64,000 bases of DNA from Burkholderiales bacterium (lineage in GTDB: Bacteria; Pseudomonadota; Gammaproteobacteria; Burkholderiales; Burkholderiaceae_C): positions 5,489 to 69,488 of the forward strand of contig JBBRCN010000009.1 of the NCBI GenBank assembly GCA_038204775.1, in the 5' to 3' direction. Shown piece after piece: positions 18,363 through 27,968 of this stretch. The translations under genes and the position numbers were made by a program. The notes beneath the pieces were generated by a model. That model was not told where the DNA came from. It ran no database searches and worked only from the letters and a program-made list of their open reading frames with translations. Each line of letters opens with the position of its first letter. Position 1 is the first letter of the stretch.

Positions 18363-21126
18363 GCTCGGCCAGCAGCCGGTGGTCCGGCGCCAGTTTGGGC
18401 AGCGCCAAGACAGCCAGCGCCACTTGACGCGCCAAGGCGCGGTCTTCAGCGGCGCTGGCTGCGCCCAGGTCCGCTCGCAGCAGGTGCAGTTCGGCCTGCA
18501 CCAGCCGGGTCTCTGCGCCTTGCCGCGGGTCTGCCGCGGCCGCTGCCAGCACGGTGATGCCGGTCTGCACGGCAGCCAGCGCCAGTTCGCGCTGGCCCAG
18601 CGCCACTTCCACACGCGCCTGGGCCAGGCGGCAGATGGCTGAACGGCGCATGGCGCGCGGCGCGGTAATGTCGGCCGGCGCCGCTTGCGCCTGCGCCTGC
18701 CAGTGGGCCGCACCTTCTTGCAGCACCGCCAGCGCTTGTTCATGCCGGCCGTTGACCTGCAGCGCAACGCCGAATTCCGTGCTCAGGATGGGCCGCATCG
18801 CAGCCCACTTGCTGTTGGCGCCTTCGCTGGCGACCAGGCGGTTGTTCAAGTCCCAGGCGCTCTGCCCCGCATGCAGGGCGGCTTCGGGCTGGCCGCAGCG
18901 CAGCGACAGGTGCGTGGCCAGGTTGGCTGCGCTGATGAGGCCGTCGCTGAACAGCACGTTGGGCGGAAAGTCGCGCAGCAGGCGTTCGTACAGCTGCAGC
19001 GCCTGCTGCGCCTGCACCTGGGCAGCCGGCACACGGCCCTGCTTGAGGTGGACCATGGCCATGCTGGTGGTCACCGCACCCTGGTTCTGCAGCACCGAAG
19101 CCGTGGCGTCGATGTCGTCATCGGGCGCGCCGGCCTTCAGCGCCGCCAGGCCCGCCGTGTCGGCCAGGCAGAGATCGAATGCCTGCTGCGCCCGGGCCAG
19201 CAGTTCCATCGCACGCTCGGGCTCGTCCAGCCCCAGGTTGCCGCCGTGGTCGCACAGCTGGCCCCAGGCCAGCAGCACCGACCCACGCACACTCTGCAAC
19301 TGGGCGCTGGCCGCACGCGACTGCGGCTGCGCCAACGCGGTGTCCACGCAGGCCAGCGCGGCTTCCAGGTGGGCCACGCCCCTGAGCGGATCGTGCGCCT
19401 GCTGGGCCATGACCGACAGCGTGATGCGGGCCGTGGCGATGCGCGTCACCACGGCACCCTGGTGCGAGCCGGCGGCCAGCAACTGGTCGCCCAGCGCCAC
19501 CGCCCGCTCGCAGGCGCGCTGGGCGGTGACGGCGCCTGGGTCGGCCTGGCCCAGGGCCGCGCCGGCCGGTCTGGCGGTGGCATGCGAGCCCAGCATTTCG
19601 CCCAGGCGCGAGTACAGGTCGACGGCAATCGCCCGCAGCTCCAGGTCGTGCGGCGCGGCCTGCAGCGCGCGCTCCAGCCGCGGCAGGGCGTCCTCGACAA
19701 AGGCGCGCATCAACCGGCCGCCCTTGGGCGTGAGCCACACGCCGTAGCTGTAGCGCAGCACCAGGCCGCGCAGCAGGTCCTTGACGTGGCCCAGCTGTTC
19801 GGCTGCGCTGCGCTGCGCCCGCCGGGCGCGTTCGGCCTGCAGCAGTGCCAGGCCCAGGCCCAGCGCCATGCCCACCAGCCCCACGGTCATGGCCACGCGC
19901 CCCTGCAGCAGCGCTGCCGCCAGACCGGCCACCAGCCCCAGGCCGCCCAGCCCGCCCGCCACCACGGCCCAGCGGTTGCGCCGCACGAACTTGCCCAGCA
20001 CATAGCCCGCCTGCGCCGGGCGCGCACTGACGGGTCGGCCTTGCAGGAAGGCCTGCACGTCGGCAGCCAGCGCATCCACGCTGGGGTAGCGCTGCTCGGC
20101 CGACTTTTCCAGCGCCTTGAGCAGGATGTTGTCCAGGTCGCCCTCCAGCCGCTTGCGTGTCTGCAGCCACTGCGGGTCCACCGCTTCGCTGGGCGACAGG
20201 CGGCTGGGGCGTGTGGGCTCGTCTTCCAGCACGCTGCGTGCGGCTTCGGCCGGTGTGGTGGCGTTGCGGCCCGTGGGGCGCGTGCCGGTGAGCATCTGGT
20301 ACAGCAACACGCCCAGGCTGTAGATGTCGGTGGCGGTGCTCACCGGTTCGCCGCGCACCTGCTCGGGGCTGGCGTAGTGGGGTGTGTAGGGGCGCTGGCC
20401 GCCCACGGTGGTCAGGCCATCAGCGCCCTCCAGCGGGTCCAGCGCCTTGGCAATGCCGAAGTCCAGCAGCTTGACCTGGCCGTCGCCGTCCACCAGCACA
20501 TTGCCTGGCTTCAGGTCGCGGTGCACAAGCAGGTTGCGGTGGGCGTGTGCCACCGCATCGGCCAGCTGCAGGAACAGTCGCAGCCGTGACTCGATGTCCA
20601 GGCCGCGCACGGCCTCGTCGATGGGCTGGCCGTCGATGTACTCCAGCACGAAGTAGGGAAGGCCGTCGTCGCTGGCGCCCGCATCCAGCAGCCGCGCGAT
20701 GTGCGGGTGGCTCAGCCGCGCCAGCGCCTGGCGCTCTTGTGCAAAACGCTGCAGCACCGCCGCGCTGTCCATGCCGCGCTTGAGCAGCTTGACCGCCGCC
20801 CGGCCGTCGTACTGGCCATCGGCACGGCGGGCCTCGAAGACCTCGCCCATGCCACCGCTGCCGATGGCCCGCACGATCTGCCAGGCGCCCAGGCGCTGGC
20901 CCGTGCTTGCAGAAGCTTCAGCCAACTGCTGCGCCGCCGTGCCCGCCATGAACACCTGCGCCTGGGTGGCCTGGTCGTGGTGGACCAGCAGGCTGCGCAG
21001 TTCAGCCAGCGCCGCCGCGTCCAGCTCGGCAGCGGCCATCAGCGGCTCGCGCGCTGCGGTTGGCAAGTCCACCACCGCGTCGAACACGGCCTTGATCTGC
21101 GGCCATGGCAGCGGAAGGGTGGTCAT
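18349..21126 (-). CDS. Membrane Ser/Thr protein kinase with C-terminal TPR-like region (ECF-associated type)
   Basis: IGSGGMGEV, AVKLL, HRDLKPGN, DFG, TPHYASPEQ, GDLDNILLKAL; hydrophobic segments then Ala-rich helical repeats. Confidence 0.93.
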   Translation of the reverse strand: MTTLPLPWPQIKAVFDAVVDLPTAAREPLMAAAELDAAALAELRSLLVHHDQATQAQVFMAGTAAQQLAEASASTGQRLGAWQIVRAIGSGGMGEVFEARRADGQYDGRAAVKLLKRGMDSAAVLQRFAQERQALARLSHPHIARLLDAGASDDGLPYFVLEYIDGQPIDEAVRGLDIESRLRLFLQLADAVAHAHRNLLVHRDLKPGNVLVDGDGQVKLLDFGIAKALDPLEGADGLTTVGGQRPYTPHYASPEQVRGEPVSTATDIYSLGVLLYQMLTGTRPTGRNATTPAEAARSVLEDEPTRPSRLSPSEAVDPQWLQTRKRLEGDLDNILLKALEKSAEQRYPSVDALAADVQAFLQGRPVSARPAQAGYVLGKFVRRNRWAVVAGGLGGLGLVAGLAAALLQGRVAMTVGLVGMALGLGLALLQAERARRAQRSAAEQLGHVKDLLRGLVLRYSYGVWLTPKGGRLMRAFVEDALPRLERALQAAPHDLELRAIAVDLYSRLGEMLGSHATARPAGAALGQADPGAVTAQRACERAVALGDQLLAAGSHQGAVVTRIATARITLSVMAQQAHDPLRGVAHLEAALACVDTALAQPQSRAASAQLQSVRGSVLLAWGQLCDHGGNLGLDEPERAMELLARAQQAFDLCLADTAGLAALKAGAPDDDIDATASVLQNQGAVTTSMAMVHLKQGRVPAAQVQAQQALQLYERLLRDFPPNVLFSDGLISAANLATHLSLRCGQPEAALHAGQSAWDLNNRLVASEGANSKWAAMRPILSTEFGVALQVNGRHEQALAVLQEGAAHWQAQAQAAPADITAPRAMRRSAICRLAQARVEVALGQRELALAAVQTGITVLAAAAADPRQGAETRLVQAELHLLRADLGAASAAEDRALARQVALAVLALPKLAPDHRLLAEQLAQ

Positions 21127-21265
21127 GGTCGCAGTATGGCCGGGGCAGCGTGTTGTGCCCTGCAGCCGCGGTTGTCAGCGCAGCACCGGCATGCAGGCAT
21201 CGGGCCGGCCCAGCGCCGCACCCAGGTCAGTGCAGTTGCTGGCCCGGTGACGGGGCGTGGCGCAC

Positions 21266-23194
21266 TCAAGGGCCCTTGGCCACCACCGTGCCGTTGAAGG
21301 TGACGTTGCGCGCCGCCGTGCCCACCGCACCGCCGCGCAGCACGGCGTTGCTGAAGGTGACGGTGCGTCCGTCCGAGCCCACCGTGACGCCGGTGCAATC
21401 CGGCACGCCGATGGCGGCTCCGTTGTCGAAGCAGCTCAGCACCTGCGTGGCAATGCCCACCGTGGCCTGCGCCCGCACGACGCGGCCGTCCAGCACCTCC
21501 ACCGTCACCAGGCTCAGGCCGGCCGATGCCGCCGTGCCCAGCACATTGAAGGTCAGCGTGCGACTGTTGTTCAGCGACTCGATGTTGCTGGTCACGGGCG
21601 TGAAGCCACCGGTGTCGTTGGTGCTCAGGCTGCCGCTGGTGCGCGCGAAGTCCACCGTGCCGTTGATCACCACGCCGCCGCTGAGTGGCGTGTTGGCAAA
21701 GCTGACGCGGGTGCCGGTGCCGTCGGTCACCGTGATGTTGCAGGCCGTGCCGCAGGTGCTGCTGGTGGCCGGCGGCACGACACGGATGACGGTGAAGGCG
21801 GCGCTGCCGCTCTGACTCAACGCGAGGGAGGAGCCGTCGGACAGCGACAGCACGATCGAGCGGATGGTGTTGCCGCCGCCGGCATCGAATGTGCTGTCGA
21901 CACTGGTCAGCGCCCGCACGCTGGCGCCGTTGACCGTGAGCGCGCTGGTGGTGCCGCCGGGCAGATCGGCCACGGTCCAGGCCGCGCCGGGTGCGTCGCC
22001 CACCAGGCTGCCATTGAGCCTGAGCGCGCCGCCCATCGGCGTGTTGGCGAAAGCCACCGTCACCGGGCGCGAGGCGCCGCTGGCGGCGGTGACGGTGATG
22101 CCGCAGTTGGTGGCGCAGAACCCGCTGGTGCGTGTGGCCACATCGAAGTACGCGGCACTGATGGCGCCGGTAGACGACACCGTCACGGTCACATCCACCT
22201 GGGTCGGTGACGACTGCGGGGCGCTGAAGAAGCGGTAGCTCGCGCTGCCGTTGCTCTTCAACGCCACTTCAAAGCCGTCGGCCCGCGGCGTGAGGCTGGT
22301 GGCCGCGCCGGCGGCCGTGACGCCGCCCACGGTGAGCGTGCCGCTGGCAGACGGTGTTCCGCCGGCTGACGGCGGCGGGGGCGGCGGGGGCGGTGTAGGC
22401 GCAGGCGGGGTGGGCGCTGCCGCTGCCGTGTAGGCTGCGGCCAGCGTGGCCGGGTCCACCGTGGCCAGCAGGGTGGCCAGCGGCGTGCCCGCTGCGACCA
22501 TGCGCGAGATGACCGTCAGCGCGGTGCCGTAGCTGTCGATACCAGCGCCGAAGGTGGGGGTGGCCGTGGCGATGGCCAGGTCGGCAGGCAGGCCGAAGGT
22601 GGCCAGCAGGCGCACGGCGGCGGCCGCGAAGGCGGCGCCGTCCAGCGTGCCGCTGCCGGCCAGGCGGGCCAGCGCGTCGTTCAGCGCCAAGGTGGTCAGC
22701 GGCGTCAATGTGCTGGACACCGTGCCGCCGGTGGCGGTGGTCAGGCTGCGCAGCGGGCTGCCGGGCGGCAGGGTGGCTGACCCGCCTGTGGCTTCGTCGG
22801 TGTAGGTGCCGCCGGTGGCTTCCACCCACAGCGGGCCGCTGCCGGCGGGCACGGCAAAGCTGTAGCGGCCCAAGGCATCGGACGTGGTGCAGCTGCCCAG
22901 GGCGCTGCCACGGCCGCTGGCCACCACGCTGTAGGCGCACACGGCGGCGCCGGACACGGGCCCCTTGACCACGGACCCGGTGACGGTGGTGCTGACGGCC
23001 GGCGCAGGCGCCACGGGTGTCGGCGCAACCGGGGCCGGGGCCGGCGTGGCCGCCACGTCGTCGCCCCCCCCGCAGCCCGGCAGCGTGGCCGCCAAGGTCA
23101 GGGCAAACAGGGTCGACAGCGTCGACAGCGGGGTCGGCGTGCGGGGGTTGAGGGGCTTGCGGGGCTTGAAGGGCGTGCGGGGCAGGGTGTGCAT
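21266..23194 (-). CDS. Surface lipoprotein with Pro-rich linker and three ~115-aa beta-rich Cys-paired repeats
   Basis: Lipobox LPGC-GGGD; VKGPVSGA-type N-terminal domain; repeats CATNCGITV..FANTP, CGTACNITV..FANTP, CFD..CTGVTV..FSNAV. Confidence 0.8.
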   Translation of the reverse strand: MHTLPRTPFKPRKPLNPRTPTPLSTLSTLFALTLAATLPGCGGGDDVAATPAPAPVAPTPVAPAPAVSTTVTGSVVKGPVSGAAVCAYSVVASGRGSALGSCTTSDALGRYSFAVPAGSGPLWVEATGGTYTDEATGGSATLPPGSPLRSLTTATGGTVSSTLTPLTTLALNDALARLAGSGTLDGAAFAAAAVRLLATFGLPADLAIATATPTFGAGIDSYGTALTVISRMVAAGTPLATLLATVDPATLAAAYTAAAAPTPPAPTPPPPPPPPSAGGTPSASGTLTVGGVTAAGAATSLTPRADGFEVALKSNGSASYRFFSAPQSSPTQVDVTVTVSSTGAISAAYFDVATRTSGFCATNCGITVTAASGASRPVTVAFANTPMGGALRLNGSLVGDAPGAAWTVADLPGGTTSALTVNGASVRALTSVDSTFDAGGGNTIRSIVLSLSDGSSLALSQSGSAAFTVIRVVPPATSSTCGTACNITVTDGTGTRVSFANTPLSGGVVINGTVDFARTSGSLSTNDTGGFTPVTSNIESLNNSRTLTFNVLGTAASAGLSLVTVEVLDGRVVRAQATVGIATQVLSCFDNGAAIGVPDCTGVTVGSDGRTVTFSNAVLRGGAVGTAARNVTFNGTVVAKGP

Positions 23195-23373
23195 GAAAGT
23201 CCTTTGCGGTGGTGAACGGCCGGCCCACCTGCAGCGGGCCTTGATGGGTAGCGCAAAGGAACGGGCGCAAAAGGATCACGGCCGCGCAAGAAGTCCGAAC
23301 ATGGCCGTCGACAGCGCGGTGCCAGGCGCTGGCGGCAGGCACCGGGGCACAGGCGAACCCGACAATGCCGGCC

Positions 23374-23946
23374 ATGGACGCATCAATGGCCGGCACCGCC
23401 GACGTGACCCTGTGGCTGCAGCAGCTGGACCAGGGCCAAACGGCCAGCGTGGACCAGTTGTTTGCCGCGCTGTACGACGAGCTCAAGCGCGGCGCCGGTG
23501 CCCACATGCGAAAGGAAACCGCCGGCCACACACTCAGCGCCACGGCGCTGACGCACGAGGCCTGGTTCCGCCTGACCGAGCAGACACGCACGCGGTGGCA
23601 AAGCCGCAGCCACTTCCTGGGCATGGCGTCGATCATGATGCGGCGCATCCTGGTCAACCATGCGGTGGCCAAGCAGGCCGCCAAGCGCGATGTGCCGCTG
23701 GTGTCGCTGACGCTCACCGAAGCGCAGCAGGTGGCCAGTGGCGTGGGCGCCGAGGTCGTGAAGGTGCACGACGCGCTGCTGGCCTTCGAGCAAGTGGACC
23801 CACGCGCGGCCAAGGTGGTGGAGCTGAAGTTCTTCGGCGGCCTGGAAAACGACGAAATTGCCGAGGTGATGGGCCTGAGCAGCGCCACCGTCAAGCGCGA
23901 TTGGTCGCTGGCTCGGGCCTGGCTGCACCGCGAACTGGGCGGCTGA
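23374..23946 (+). CDS. ECF sigma factor, kinase-associated (TIGR02999-like) type
   Basis: LYDELKR, HTLSATALTHEAWFRL, MRRILVNHA, VVELKFFGGL, ATVKRDWSLARAWL. Confidence 0.92.
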   Translation: MDASMAGTADVTLWLQQLDQGQTASVDQLFAALYDELKRGAGAHMRKETAGHTLSATALTHEAWFRLTEQTRTRWQSRSHFLGMASIMMRRILVNHAVAKQAAKRDVPLVSLTLTEAQQVASGVGAEVVKVHDALLAFEQVDPRAAKVVELKFFGGLENDEIAEVMGLSSATVKRDWSLARAWLHRELGG

Positions 23947-24173
23947 ATTCGGCTTCAGGCCGCAAGGGTCCGCCAGCGGCCGTGAAATCTGACTTGATCT
24001 CGCTTGGCAAATCCGTACGGTACCGAACAGACGACCACCACTGGCGGGCCCACGATGTAGGCGAGAACCCAAGGCGCGCCAGCGCGGCCAAGGGCAGCTT
24101 TTTGCGGCGCCAGGTCTGAAACGCCGCCAGTCCCTCGTGCCCCCGACGACCCAGCTCCACCGCCGCAGACCTC

Positions 24174-26315
24174 GTGCCCCTGAGAACACCCAAGCTCGTG
24201 CCCACGGCCGAGGCAACTGCCGCCCGCGCCAGCGGGTCCGGTGAATCCCGCCATCAGCGGGCCTTGCTGAAGACGGGTGCGCTGCAAAGCGCCATCCTCA
24301 ACAGCGCCACGTTCTCCAGCATCGCCACCGACGAACACGGCGTCATCCAGCTGTTCAACATTGGCGCCGAGCGCATGCTGGGTTACGCTGCTGCCGATGT
24401 GGTCAACCGCATCACGCCGGCCGACCTGTCGGACCCGCAAGAGCTGGTGCATCGCGCCCAGGCGCTGAGCGCCGAACTTGGTCAGGTCATCGCGCCAGGC
24501 TTTGAAGCGCTGGTGTTCAAGGCCTCACGCGGCATCGAAGATATCTACGAACTGACCTATCTGCACAAGGACGGCACGCGCCTGCCGGCCGTGGTGTCGG
24601 TAACGGCCTTGCTGGACGCCCAGGCCCAGGCCATCGGTTACCTGCTCATCGGCACCGACAACACGGCGCGCAAGCAGGCCGAGGCGGTGCAGGAAAAGCT
24701 GGACCAGCGCCTGCGCGACCAGCAGTTCTACACCCGCTCCTTGATCGAATCCATCATCGATGCGCTCATCACCACCGACCCCACGGGCGTGATCTCCGAC
24801 GTCAACGAACAGGCCGAGCGACTGACCGGCCTGAGCCGTGACGAGCTGATCGGTACACCCTTCGCCCGCAGCTTCACCGACGCGGCACGTGCCCAGGCCT
24901 GCATCGACCGCGTGCTCAGCGAAAAGAAGGTCACCAACTACGAACTGACGGCCCGTGCCGTTGACCAGCACGAGACGGTGGTGTCGTGCAACGCCACGCC
25001 TTTTTACGACCGCGACGGCGCGCTGCGGGGTGTCATCGTGGCGGCGCGCGACGTGAGCGAACACAAGCGCCTGGACCTGGCGCTGCAAGGCGCCAAGGTC
25101 GAGGCCGAGCGTGCCAACGAGGCCAAGTCGGACTTCCTGTCCAGCATGAGCCACGAACTGCGCTCGCCACTGAACGCGATCCTGGGTTTTGCCCAGCTGA
25201 TGGAGTCGGGCACACCCGCGCCCACGCCGGCGCAGATAGACAGCATCGAGCAGATCCTGAAGGCCGGCTGGTACCTGCTGGATCTGATCAACGAGATCCT
25301 GGACCTGGCGCTCATCGAGTCCGGCAGGCTGTCGCTGTCGATGGAGCCGCTGCTGCTGTCGGAGCTGCTGGCCGACTGCCAGGCCATGATCGAACCGCAG
25401 GCCGGCAAAAGTGGTATCAGCGTCAACTTCGGCGCCGTCGACAGCACCTGGCTGGTGCGCGCCGACCGCACCCGCGTGAAGCAGGTCTTCATCAACCTGC
25501 TGTCCAACGCCATCAAGTACAACCGCGTGGGCGGCACGGTGGAGGTGACCTGCCTGCAGCTGCCGGATGAGCGCATCCGCATCAGTTTCCAGGATTCCGG
25601 CGAAGGGCTGCCCCCGGAGAAGATCGCGCAGCTGTTCCAGCCCTTCAATCGCCTGGGCCAGGAATCCGGCATCGAAGAAGGCACCGGCATTGGCCTGGTG
25701 GTCTGCAAGAAGCTGGTGGACCTGATTGGGGGCGAAATCGGCGTGCTCAGCACCGTGGGCCTGGGCAGCCTGTTCTGGGTCGACCTGGCCCAGAGCCCGC
25801 ACACTCAGATGCTGCCGGGTGAAGTGCCGCTGCTGGCCGGCAGTGGCAGCGAGCCGGCCGCTGGCCAAGGGCTGGCGCCAGATTCCTTGCCGCGACACAC
25901 CGTGCTTTGCGTGGAAGACAACCCGGCCAACCTGATGCTGGTCAGCCGGCTGCTGGCGCGGCGCAGCGACATCGTGCTCATCAGCGCCAAGGACGGCAGG
26001 CGCGGCGTGGAGCTGGCGCGCCTGATGCGGCCCGACGTGATCCTGATGGACATCAACCTGCCCGGCATCAGCGGGCTGGGCGTGTTGCAGATTCTGGCCA
26101 CCGACCCCTGCACCGCATGCATTCCGGTCATCGCGGTCAGCGCCAACGCGCTGCCACGTGACATCGAAAAGGGCTTGCAGGCCGGATTCTTCCGCTACCT
26201 GACCAAGCCCATCAAGGTCGATGCGTTCATGGAAGCGCTGGACCTGGCCCTGTTGGCGGCCAACACAGGCGTCAACCGGCATAACGAGCAAACGACGGAA
26301 ACCATCACCCCATGA
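24174..26315 (+). CDS. Cytoplasmic PAS-PAS hybrid histidine kinase / receiver (start uncertain)
   Basis: Two PAS domains, FLSSMSHELRSPLN, NLLSNAIKYN, DSGEG, GTGIGL, REC (ILMDINLP, KPI). Confidence 0.93.
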   Translation: MPLRTPKLVPTAEATAARASGSGESRHQRALLKTGALQSAILNSATFSSIATDEHGVIQLFNIGAERMLGYAAADVVNRITPADLSDPQELVHRAQALSAELGQVIAPGFEALVFKASRGIEDIYELTYLHKDGTRLPAVVSVTALLDAQAQAIGYLLIGTDNTARKQAEAVQEKLDQRLRDQQFYTRSLIESIIDALITTDPTGVISDVNEQAERLTGLSRDELIGTPFARSFTDAARAQACIDRVLSEKKVTNYELTARAVDQHETVVSCNATPFYDRDGALRGVIVAARDVSEHKRLDLALQGAKVEAERANEAKSDFLSSMSHELRSPLNAILGFAQLMESGTPAPTPAQIDSIEQILKAGWYLLDLINEILDLALIESGRLSLSMEPLLLSELLADCQAMIEPQAGKSGISVNFGAVDSTWLVRADRTRVKQVFINLLSNAIKYNRVGGTVEVTCLQLPDERIRISFQDSGEGLPPEKIAQLFQPFNRLGQESGIEEGTGIGLVVCKKLVDLIGGEIGVLSTVGLGSLFWVDLAQSPHTQMLPGEVPLLAGSGSEPAAGQGLAPDSLPRHTVLCVEDNPANLMLVSRLLARRSDIVLISAKDGRRGVELARLMRPDVILMDINLPGISGLGVLQILATDPCTACIPVIAVSANALPRDIEKGLQAGFFRYLTKPIKVDAFMEALDLALLAANTGVNRHNEQTTETITP

Positions 26316-27157
26316 ACATCGAGCAAGACATCCTTCAAGCGTCCATCCTCATCGTGGACGACCAGGCGGCCAACGTGCAGCTGCTGCAGCGCCTGCTGTC
26401 CGACGCGGGCTACACCCGGGTGACAACGACGATGCAGCCCACCGAGGTGTGCGCACTGCACCGGCGCAATGCCTACGACCTGATCCTGCTGGACCTGCAG
26501 ATGCCGGACATGGACGGCTTCGCCGTGATGGACGCCTTGAAGACCAATGACCGTCAAGGTTACCTGCCGGTCATCGTGCTGACGGCCCAGCCCGGCCACA
26601 AGCTGCGCGCGCTGCAGGCCGGTGCCAAGGACTTCATCAGCAAGCCCTTTGATCTGCTCGAGGTGAAGACCCGCATCCACAACATGCTGGAAGTCAGGCT
26701 GCTCTACCGCCGACTGGAAGCGCACAACCGCGATCTGGAGCAGGCGGTGCTGGAGCGCACGGCCGAGTTGCGTGAAAGCGAAGCGCGCTACCGCAGCCTG
26801 ACCGAACTGGCCTCGGACTGGTACTGGGAACAGGACGAGAGCGGCGCCTTCACCCGGGTATCGGGCCCGGTGCTGGAGATGCTGGGCATACGCGTGGACC
26901 CGCTGGTGACGAGCGACAAAGCGATCGAGGCTGGCAGCGAAGCACCACCGGCCGACGACGGCTGGGACGCCGAACAGCGGCAGCTGATGCAAAGCTACAT
27001 CGCAGCGCGCCGGCCCTTCCTGGATTTTGTGTTCCACCGCCGGCTGGACGAGGGCAGACTGCAGCAGTTTCGGGTCAGCGGGCAACCGATGTTCGACCAA
27101 AGCTGCCGCTTTCTGGGCTACCGCGGCATTGGCGTCGAGATTCTGGCCAACCATTGA
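26312..27157 (+). CDS. Response regulator REC-coiled coil-PAS, no recognisable output domain
   Basis: ILIVDD, LLDLQMP, KPF; RYRSLTELASDWYWEQD PAS; GYRGIG end. Confidence 0.88.
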   Translation: MNIEQDILQASILIVDDQAANVQLLQRLLSDAGYTRVTTTMQPTEVCALHRRNAYDLILLDLQMPDMDGFAVMDALKTNDRQGYLPVIVLTAQPGHKLRALQAGAKDFISKPFDLLEVKTRIHNMLEVRLLYRRLEAHNRDLEQAVLERTAELRESEARYRSLTELASDWYWEQDESGAFTRVSGPVLEMLGIRVDPLVTSDKAIEAGSEAPPADDGWDAEQRQLMQSYIAARRPFLDFVFHRRLDEGRLQQFRVSGQPMFDQSCRFLGYRGIGVEILANH

Positions 27158-27200
27158 CCTGACCATGCAACTGCAGCCGGCCCACCGATCGACGCGAGTG

Positions 27201-27947
27201 ATGCATTCGCCCAACCAGAACCACCTGCTGGCCGCCGTGCCCACGGCTGAATTCGAGGCCCTGCTGGGCGACTTGGAGTTGGTGCCCATGACACTGGGCG
27301 AGGTGTTGCACGAACCCAGCCAGCAGTTGCGCCACGCCTATTTTCCCACCACCGCCGTGATCTCGCTGCACTACGTGACGGCATCGGGCGCTTCGGCAGA
27401 AATCGCGGGCGTGGGCCGGGATGGCATGGTCGGCATGGCACTCTTTCTGGGTGGAGACACCACCAGCAGTTCTGCCGTGGTGCACGCTTCGGGCCACGGC
27501 TACCGCATCGAGCGAACCGCGCTGCAGCGGGCCATCAAGGCCAACAGCCAACTGCACCGCCTGCTGTTGCGCTACACGCAGGCGATGCTGACGCAAATCG
27601 CGCAAACCGCCGCCTGCTACCGCCACCACAGCGTCGAACAGCAGCTCAGCCGCTGGCTGCTGGCCACCGTCGACCGTTCACCCCCGGGCGAGCTGGTGAT
27701 GACGCAGGAACTGGTAGCCAGCCTGCTGGGCGTGCGGCGCGAAAGCGTGACCCAGGCCGCTGCAGCGCTGCAGGAAAGCGGCTGCATCAGTTACCGGCGC
27801 GGCCACCTCACGGTGATCAGCTCAGTGGCCCTGCAGGCACGGGCCTGCGAGTGTTACGCCGTGGTGAAAGTTGAACTGCGTCGTCTCTCGACCGAGACCT
27901 TGTTGCGGCAGGAGGAAAGCTGGGCGCCGGGCACCTTGACGGCTTGA
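27201..27947 (+). CDS. Crp/Fnr-family transcriptional regulator
   Basis: NHLLAA, YFPTTAVISL, QTAACYRHHSVEQQLSRWLL, MTQELVASLLGVRRESVT, ACECY. Confidence 0.92.
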   Translation: MHSPNQNHLLAAVPTAEFEALLGDLELVPMTLGEVLHEPSQQLRHAYFPTTAVISLHYVTASGASAEIAGVGRDGMVGMALFLGGDTTSSSAVVHASGHGYRIERTALQRAIKANSQLHRLLLRYTQAMLTQIAQTAACYRHHSVEQQLSRWLLATVDRSPPGELVMTQELVASLLGVRRESVTQAAAALQESGCISYRRGHLTVISSVALQARACECYAVVKVELRRLSTETLLRQEESWAPGTLTA

Positions 27948-27968
27948 AGGTGTGCATCGGCAGGGCAT

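Noticed and set aside
18237-18557. PTAPTA-repeat protein on the plus strand
   Set aside because: It is a translation of the 9-bp tandem repeat and overlaps the kinase antisense; there is no evidence it is a gene.
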